Assembly: GCA_048213135.1 (NCBI GenBank)
Contig: PS015187.1
Coordinates: 124,500 to 188,499 of the forward strand
DNA: 64,000 nt
From: Reclinomonas americana ATCC 50394
Taxonomy: Eukaryota
Direction: 5' to 3'
Shown: piece after piece, positions 55,301-64,000 of the stretch
How the letters are laid out: the number at the start of each line of letters is the position of its first letter
How positions within the stretch are numbered: the stretch's first letter is position 1
Notes under the pieces: model-generated
The model's database searches: none
What the model was told of the DNA's origin: nothing
What the model saw: only the letters and a program-made list of their open reading frames with translations
Position numbers and translations under genes: made by a program

Positions 55301-57565
55301 TCACGCACCTCAGCAGCACTTCGTTGGTGGTCGACAGCTGAATGTCCACCTCCTCACCGCAGTACGGCGAAAACACGAAGCGACCGAGAAACTGGAAGCA
55401 CAAAAGCATGCACATGAGAATGGTTCTGCCACAAGTGTCATGAAAAATCACGACACACCTGCGCCAGTATACTGGCACGCATGACTGAATCCAACACAGG
55501 AATCGACACATCCATCATGGCGTTGACCAGCTCCCCCAGTGCCTGAAGCACAGCCTCGATGATCTGGAGATCACAGAAATCGTGAGCGACAGCCGCGATC
55601 GACGATGCACAGCACCACCACAACGACATGACCTCGCCCGTCAGCAATGGATTGTTGGCCACCTCCACAAACTTGCTAAAGAAAGACTCGGGACCGGTGA
55701 CAATGGCAGGCAGTCCGCCATCGGCCAATGCCGACCGCGGAATCATAGTCCCGCCCACCGTCGACGACGCGCTGACACGGTGACCACACGGCTGCGCGCA
55801 ACCATGTCACTGAGGAACATGCCGTCACACATACGATGATAAGGTGGAACGTACCAGCGGCTGGTCGGAAGCCAGGGCGGCCAGACCACGCACTCGTCGA
55901 TTCAGCTCGCGCAATTTCACACCCTGGTGCCAGTCCACGGACTGGAGCTTGGCGACAAACACACGCGCGAATGGTGCACACAAATCTGGTCTGAGCAGCG
56001 CAACCACGCGTTCCATCTGCATTGCACGATCAGCGCAGGCGCAAGCACAAAGCAGCATCGCCAGCACGCAACATCAGTCTGCAAATCACGAACGGCGCGC
56101 TTGGCGGCCTTGGATAATAGCTGAAAGAAGGCGTCGTTCAGCTTCTCCGCGCCAGCAACTCGCTCCTGCAACAGTAATAGCGGCGAAGAGGCCGACGACG
56201 ACGACGAGGATGGCGACGGCACCGTGGAAGCGGACGACGATGACGGCCCATGAGGCATGCGGAGAGCCGACGATCCGAACACGGCCGCTGACGATCCGTT
56301 GCTGCGCAGTGCCGATACACGCGATCGCACCCGGCTGGCACTCTCGCGCAACTGATCCGTCACCTCCGGCGCCAGCGCAGTCACGCTGTGACACAGGAGT
56401 GAGAATGCATAGCATGGCACAACAACCGACAGCGAGGCACCAACATTGTGTTTCCCGCGATAGCCTCGGTCACAGCCGGCATGAGAGCCGACACGCACGG
56501 AACGAGACGCCGCAGAGTGGCGGCCACAAACGCGAGAACTTCATCGGCCGACAGGAAGCAGCTGCCGATTGAGGTGCCGGAGCGTGGTGGACTGGCCCGA
56601 TAACAACAGTGAGCGATGCATACTCCATTCCCCCCGCCGACAACACCACCACACACGCAACTCGGCCGCTCGCAACAGCAGCGAGCCCAACAAGTGCAGC
56701 TCCACCATCAAACTGGGAGCGTGACCGGCGACCAGCACCACGGCATGCAGCGCCGCCATGCTGTTGACAAACTCGCACTGATCCTCCGGCAGCGCCGCCA
56801 CACGACCAAACAACTCGAACGGGTTCACAGCCGTGCCCCGTGGCGAACTCGGCAGCGTCGGCGTTGTCACTGACAACGCGCATGTGAGTCTCTCCATTCT
56901 AGAATAGATCATATGGCGCCTCGATCCTCACCTGGCCCGCTGACAAGTCGAGGCTCCACGCGAGCCGCCTTTCGTGGCGGTCGTCGCTTCCCACTGGCAT
57001 CGTCCATCGAAGACGACGCAGGGGCGGCAGCAGCAGCAGCAGCAGCAGAGGAAGAAGAAGAAGAGTGACCGCTGGGCGGCATGAGCGGTCGATCGAGAAT
57101 GCTGCCGAGAGCGTCGCGTTTCGCCGTGGCCGACAGCGGTCGTCGATTCGTCGATGATGATGACGAGGAAGGAGGATGAGGCATACCATGCATGCGAGAT
57201 GGTACAGAGGAGGCAGCAGAAGAAGTCGTTGTCGAAGATGATGATGATGATTGACTGTGCTGTTGATGTTGATGATGATGATGATGATGAAGGGCTGCGT
57301 GTGGCAACGGAAGCAGTCGACGCAGAGAGGCGCGCACGGCGTTGAGGTAGTCGAGGGCGAACTGTAGGGCCAGTGCATCGCCAGCGGCCTGTGCGTTGGA
57401 AGAGGAGGTGGGAGAGTGAGTGAGTGCGTCAGTTGTCCTTTTCTGTGTGAGTCGCACCATGCGGGCGAGCTGTGTGGCGGCCTCATCGCGTATGCGGGTG
57501 CCCTGCTCGGATCGGTCGAATAGTAGTGCGCGGGTGAAGTGCAGTGGGGTCTCAGCGGAGTGCAT
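52303..57565 (-). CDS. CDAN1: Codanin-1 / discs-lost-like protein
   Basis: Ordered motifs recalled from codanin-1: FALDYLNAVR, PSLMVELHLLGSLL, KLNDAFFQLL, FARVFVAKL, KLRELNRRV, ESFFSKFV, FLGRFVFSPY, QLHDAFFDANPQLKQLANFLVRRVADNA. Confidence 0.75.
54730..54970. repeat. Patchwork direct repeats in a codanin-1 intron
   Basis: GAAAGCACAT..GAAAGCGAG..GAATGTTGACA block present three times. Confidence 0.7.
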
Positions 57566-57625
57566 GGTGGAAGGTGAAGAGGACAGAGGTGGGAGGAGGA
57601 CAACTAGTTTCTCCTTTGTTCATTC

Positions 57626-60600
57626 TCATGTTACAACGCCCATGACACCGCGAATGCTCTCGATCCACTCATGCATCTCGACCTCGTACTCCGCCACCAC
57701 GTAGTACGTGCGCGAGGGAGTGACCAACTGCACTGACAAGCATCAGCAAACACCACACCAACGTGTCTCCCACAAGCACCACTGACCTCGAAACACCACT
57801 GCTTGTGGATGGCGGGATTGGTGCACGGGTGGACGTGTCGCAGCGAGAGCATGTTGATGGTACCGCGCGGCTTGGTGGCCTGTTGTATCGCGCGATTCAG
57901 CACCACTGGCAATGCGATACGTATACAAGAGAAAGAAAAGACGCAACGAGCTCCGTCTTGAAGTAGCACAGTGTCAGTGTGGTGGAGTCGAGCACAAACC
58001 ACCGCCGCCGCCAGCTCTTCACGATGCGGCCCTGCTTGACGAGCCAGCCCATTTTCAGCACCGGCACGGCAGTTCGTCGCTTGCCCCACAGCGCACTGCC
58101 GCTGCGCAGACTGGCCTTCAAGTGTGTGTCCATGCGACGCGCCGCCTCTGCCGCCGCTTGTGGTGACTCTGCCAAGTAGAAATCGTGTGAGCCGACCGCA
58201 GACTCCATACACACTTACAGGGTTGCTCTCAACTCTGCAGCAGGAACAGTGACTTGCGTCTCAGTTCCTCGGCGTCGGCATACTTGCCAAGCTCTCGTTG
58301 CACCGTGGCCAGCCGCGACAGAATCTCTCCGTACTCGGGATGCTCCTCGCCACCGTGGTGACTAAGCATGGTNNNNNNNNNNNNNNNNNNNNNNNNNNNN
58401 NNNNNNNNNNNNNNNNNNNNNNNNNNNNNNNNNNNNNNNNNNNNNNNNNNNNNNNNNNNNNNNNNNNNNNNNGGATGTGGCGCGCACAAAGCAGAACGTG
58501 GACAAGCTGGACGATGCGGCCATTTGCACGCAGCAGGGTGTCGAGATTTTGCGGAATGCTTTCAGCGAGGCCTCCAAGTTGTGCGCGGGCGCCGATGGTG
58601 GCGAACCGGAACCGAGCGACCTCGATGTGGAGCCGTTGCGCATTCTGCGATGCTGGTACGCCGAGGCGTTGTGCATGCTGGGCGACTCGTGCAAGGAGTT
58701 CCGCGAGCTCGACGAGGCGGAGATGGCCTACAAGCGTGAGTTTCCTGATTCGCCTTTTTCCTGTCAACAGCCTGCTGTCGCTGACATGTGTTGCGCAGAG
58801 TCATTGTCGCACATGAGCGCGGTGTGCCCCGAAAATCACGAGAGCATTGCGCAGTTGAACTCGCGTCTGGCCGCGGTGGCCGCCCTGCGCGGCCAGTACG
58901 ACCAGGCAGAGACCTTGTACCAGTTGCGAATCTCTTGTTTTCCCTCCTCAGCAAGCTGTGCGTGTTACTCACACGCGTTGGTGAGCAGGCGAGCGCTGNN
59001 NNNNNNNNNNNNNNNNNNNNNNNNNNNNNNNNNNNNNNNNNNNNNNNNNNNNNNNNNNNNNNNNNNNNNNNNNNNNNNNNNNNNNNNNNNNNNNNNNNNN
59101 NNNNNNNNNNNNNNNNNNNNNNNNNNNNNNNNNNNNNNNNNNNNNNNNNNNNNNNNNNNNNNNNNNNNNNNNNNNNNNNNNNNNNNNNNNNNNNNNNNNN
59201 NNNNNNNNNNNNNNNNNNNNNNNNNNNNNNNNNNNNNNNNNNNNNNNNNNNNNNNNNNNNNNNNNNNNNNNNNNNNNNNNNNNNNNNNNNNNNNNNNNNN
59301 NNNNNNNNNNNNNNNNNNNNNNNNNNNNNNNNNNNNNNNNNNNNNNNNNNNNNNNNNNNNNNNNNNNNNNNNNNNNNNNNNNNNNNNNNNNNNNNNNNNN
59401 NNNNNNNNNNNNNNNNNNNNNNNNNNNNNNNNAACATCACCTTGCCGACCAGCACCTCGGCCGACTGTGTCATCTTCTCCACTGCGCCAAGCGTTTAGAG
59501 AGGACGCGGGGTACTCAAAACAAACAACAACAACAGCGCACCCGTGATAACAGACACCGGAGGCGATGACAGCGCCGGTTCGCCGCAGTCAGAGCCACGG
59601 TCACTGTCGTCGACATCTTCCATGCTCGGCGACGCATCGGTCGGCGCAGTGACCGAGGGTGGCGAGAGCGGAACCGATGCCACATAGGACATGTCGAGCG
59701 TGTGTCGAGGGTTGTGTGACCAGCGACGGCTGTCTGCGTGCTGCCGGCTGGTAATGCAAAGGACGAAAAGGTGAGGTGAAAAAAAAGAAAAAGGCCATGC
59801 TTAATCAGAAGGAAGAACGCAACATCTTGTCGGCAGCCATGGGAGGCGCCAGTTGCGGCCCCTCGTGCTGTGCACCGGCCCAGTAGTGCCTCAAGTGGGC
59901 GGCCACGGACGGAATGCGTAACCGCTCGTCCGACATGCTGCGCGCACTGCGCGACCGCGACATTGTTGGCGTGCCCTGTGAGACGATGGATGGATGAGCC
60001 TTCCTTCATGACAAGTACATGCACAGAAGTATTCGTGCACGCACTTCTCCTGCAGTGAGCGCCGAGTGCTCGGAGGCTGGCGACGATCCGGTCGAGTCAA
60101 CAACAGCGCCGTGCCCGCGGAGTGACACGCTGTTGCTCGAGTGCAAGAGGCCATCAAAGCTCTTCTCCATGGCATGTCGCTCCTTGTCCATGGGCGGCGA
60201 GATCTCCAAGCAAATCTCCACCAGCTGGTCGGCCACCGCATCGGCGTCCTCGTATCGGCTCATCATTTCACACGTGCGCAGTTGGTTGCGCAGAGCACCA
60301 ATCAATTTGGCGGTGTACTTGTTGAAACCGTGCATTGTCTGCTGACAAAGTAAGAAAGAACGAAAGAGAGAGACAGAGAAAGGAAATTGCACGTCTCGCA
60401 TACCTTGCGACTGCGTGACGCCCGACTGTGCAACACGCGATACACGGAAATGCACTGGCGGAACATGTCCTGGCAGTCCTCGAAACGACCGCGCGCAAAC
60501 AGAATCACCGCACAGTTATGCAGTGCTTTGGCGTAGCTGTGGAAGTGCCGCGGTGTGAGTCACCCACAAGCTCCTCCCCATCTATTGTGCATCAGACGCA

Positions 60601-63231
60601 ACATGGCACTCGAGTTGCCGTACAGACTTGAGCGAAGGGCCACACACTGCGCACTCAGCCGCTCCGCTCGTTCCGAATGCGCCGATCGCAAGTGGACGTC
60701 AGCCAGCTCGCTCAGCACCTCCGATCGCAGACAGAGCGCAGAGTTGCAGATGGAGCTCCGTTCGAGCACCGTCAGCGCGGACTGCCAAAAGCACACAGTC
60801 AGAAATTTGTCGTGCCCGAACTGGACCAAGGGAAGTGCACACGCACCTCGAGCACTCGCTGCTTGTCATGAGCATGCTCGGGGTCCGTGAAGGTGGAGGA
60901 CAGGAGCAGTGCAGCACGCGCCCAGTGAAAGTTGATGCGCTCACACTCGACTCCAAGTCGCGACACCTCGCCGTACACCTCCAGACACGAGGTGAGGAAG
61001 GCTCGCGCCGACTTGGACTCGTTGAAGCGCAGGTAGTGCGAGCTGGTCTCGTACCTGGTGCGGAATCAACATGAGAACATGGCGACACAAGGGGAAAGGA
61101 GCAGAAGCAAAGAGAGAGGAAGGTTAAAGACGCAACAGAGCCTCGGCCACACTGGCGTGAGTGAGACCGAGATGCCGCTGACGCGACTCCAAGCACCGCA
61201 GAAACATGTGCTCGATGGCCTCCACTCGAGGAAGCGGTGACTTGAGCTGAGGCTGCCACATGATAGTATAAGTAACGGTCAGAACATACACATTCGCAGG
61301 CGCAAACGCAACTCGTACGCCTGCCGACACGTCGCGCAAGACTCGACTGAAGCAGCAGCCGGCATGCAGTTGTGCATATGCGTACTCCAGGCTGCTCTCG
61401 CCCCACTGCTGTCCGGTGAGTCGCAGAGCGTCGGCAAAAAGGGAACAGGCATCCGCCGCCCGATCGAGGGAGTCGAGCAGGCGCGAGAGGAACAGCTGGT
61501 AGACAGGGCACAGCTCGCGCCTCTCCGCAGTTGACACCGGCTGAATGTGTGACGACCACAAATCGATGGCCTCCTCGGGCGGCACCCGTGTGATCTTGGC
61601 AGTGATGATTGACAGCGACGAGAGGCGTGAGAGAGAAGGCCCGTCATCTGCGCCGTCACCACTGTCATCGCCGTGGTCGACTTTCGACACGTCCATCTCT
61701 CCCTGCCCGACGCCCACATTCACACGCGAGCCTGCTCTGGACACGACGCCTCCATCGCGCCCAACCTCGTCCTCACCGTCATCGACCTCCTCCTCTTCCA
61801 CCTCGACAATGGCATCGATCGGGTCGATGGTGATGGCCGACAGAGAGCTCACCACACTCGACGAGATGTCGGTGTGCGGTCGACGCACAGTTATCGGCTG
61901 TGAGGCGGATCTTGGTGGCGAGGCTGCTGTGGCAGCGGCGGTGGTGTCTGTTGCCGATGCTGCTGGTGCCACAGGTGCCAGTACACCGGCACCACCGGAT
62001 TCGGCCACCAAGAACGGATCGAACGAAAAATGCGCCGGCAGCGTGTTCCGCAGCGAGGGAGTGTGACTCACGCGATGGGCAGACGGCACCGCTGCTGCCG
62101 CAGCCGCCGCAGCCGCAGCTAAAGCAGCCGCACCACTGTTTGTCGATGTTGTGGACGACCGCACGGATGTACCTTCCGGTGCCGTCAACAGCCGACCGTC
62201 GGCAATGTGCGTCAGCGTCGTGTCACTCAATCGCATGTGCGACCGGATGCTCACACGCGGATTGGGATCATCCGAGTCGGCTGGTGCACACACAGGAACA
62301 GTCAGCAGCTCACTCTCACTCTCTCACAAGCGCATCGGAACACACACCATCGATGCTGCTGGCCTCCGGTTCGCACATGAGATGGTACTCGTGGAACAAA
62401 TTGGCAAAGGCGACCTCGGGTGGCAGGGCCGGGAAACTCCCACTGCTTGGTTCTTCCCGCTGCAGACACACACACACACACACACGAGAAGAATTGGCAA
62501 CGAGGGATATTATGAGGAAAAATTGCAGAGCGGGGCAAGCGCACCGGTGCACTCTGCAACAGAGACATGCTCATGCGCGCCGGCAGCGACTTCATGTACT
62601 CGGGTGAGGCCACATCAGCGAGCTGATCAACCATCGACGTCGACGACTCTGTAAGACAGTGAGTCACCTGTTCTGCGTGTGACCCACGGCAACACATCGT
62701 CGCAACTGTGCTTGCCGCGTGGTACGCGCTGAGGACTCCCCACAGCAGCTGCCGCCGCTGTGGTGGCTGACGCAGCAGCCGTGGATGCGGCCGACGACTG
62801 TCATGACGAGCGAGTGAGCAACGACCATAACACCGACAGATAAAACATGTACGCAACAATACCCGGCACCACCTCGGGCTCCGCGGCGGTGCAAAACTCG
62901 ACGCACAGACGAATGACCCGCTCCACCATGTCGTGGCTCGCCCACTCGACAGCAAAATCAGCACATCGATGCAAGTCGCGCAGCCACAATTCGCTGGTGT
63001 TCTCCACTGCAACGACACGGGTGAGCTGGTGGACAAATCGTGTGTGTAAGCAAAGAGGGGGTCGCAACTGAGCGGACGCCACTGCGGGTCCTTGGCCAGC
63101 GACTCAATCACGCGGAACAGGAGCGCAAACTGTAACTCATTTTGTTTGTACAAGAGTTGTGCGCGCCCGGGAGACCGGTCATTGACCTCGCTCAGCTGCA
63201 GCAGCGAATTCAAGTACAGGCCGACCAGCAC
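57626..63231 (-). CDS. Large TPR (kinesin-light-chain-type) protein with C-terminal PH domain; 5' end beyond the window
   Basis: FLRCLESRQRHLGLTHASVAEAL, GEEHPEYGEILSRLATV..GKYADAEEL; PH: VLKMGWLVKQGRIVKSWRRRWFVL..PRGTI..FELVTPSRTYYVVA..EMHEWIESI. Confidence 0.85.
58473..58998 (+). CDS. Exons of the TPR-PH gene lying in inverted orientation between two N gaps
   Basis: TPR peptides (PENHESIAQLNSRLAAV..GQYDQAETLYQRAL) on + while the flanking exons are on -. Confidence 0.85.
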
Positions 63232-63469
63232 CTGTGCGCAACCCATGAGAACACGAGAAGGGAGAGAGAGAGAAGGGAGAGAAGGAGTGGGAGAAGGGAG
63301 AGAGAAAAGGGAGAGAGAGAAGGGAGAGAGAAGGGAGAGAGAGAAGGGGAGAGAGAAGGGAGAGAAGGAGTGGGAGAAGGGAGAGAGAAGGGAGAGAGAA
63401 GGGAGAGAGAAGGGAGAAGGGAGAATGAAAGCGCAAAGGCGTTGATATCTTCACATCCCTCGTCAGGTA

Positions 63470-64000
63470 CATTACGCGCACACACAAACGAGAGAGAAGG
63501 GAAAGGGAAAGAAACAGAGATAGCACAGCAACGCTTACATCTGCATCTCTCCTGTCAAACACATATAAATACACAAACGAGAGAGAGAGAGAGAGCACAC
63601 AAACGCTTACATCTGCATCTCTCCAGTCAAACACATCAGCACACACAAACGCGCACACACAACGAGAGAGAGAGAAAGAAACAGAAAGCACACAAACAAC
63701 GACGTTTGCATCTCTCATCAGACACTTACCACACACAAACGAGAGAGGAGGGAAGAGAAAGAGACAGAGATAGCACACAACGCTGACATCTGCATCTCTC
63801 TTGTCAAGCACATTAACACACACAAACGAGAGAGAAAGAGACAGAGATAGCACACAACGCTTACATCTGCATCTCTCCTGTCAAGCACATCAACACACAC
63901 AAACGGGAGAGCAGGGAAAAAGAAAGATACAGACAGCAAACAAACGCTGACATCTGCATCTCTCTTGTCAGTTACTTTACACCTTCAAACGAGAGAGGAG
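63470..64000. repeat. About 65-75 bp diverged tandem repeat in an intron
   Basis: ACGCTKACATCTGCATCTCTC..GTCAA and ACACAAACGAGAGAGA recur about 7 times. Confidence 0.8.

Noticed and set aside
63028-63082. Further GTTGCGA donor at 63068
   Set aside because: I could not obtain a consistent reading frame, so it is not counted in the shifted-donor set.

Overview
Gene-dense, intron-rich region of a microbial eukaryote (standard code, GT-AG introns, draft assembly with N gaps). Genes supported by hand-spliced translations: profilin, a CIPK/SnRK3-like kinase, acyloxyacyl hydrolase (AOAH), a secreted GH13 amylase, an intronless 14-repeat WD40 protein, a RING fragment, a TKL-type kinase, a large RCC1/coiled-coil protein, a divergent cullin, mitochondrial ribosomal protein mL54, an ankyrin protein, a secreted EGF plus fibre-like repeat protein, codanin-1, and a TPR-PH protein. 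The strongest unexplained signal is a second major class of 5' splice site, GTT(G/T/A)(C/A/T)GT (mostly GTTGCGT), which is the normal GTGCGT/GTGAGT donor shifted by one base. It is used at about 30 introns here, nearly always after a non-G exon base. Also notable: a kinase with two spliceable glycine-rich loops, a virus-fibre-like secreted protein whose ATG appears split by an intron, an NLR-sensor-like WD40 gene, and a 526-bp block inverted with seamless junctions (probably an assembly artefact). All exon structures are manual predictions; no database searches were run.
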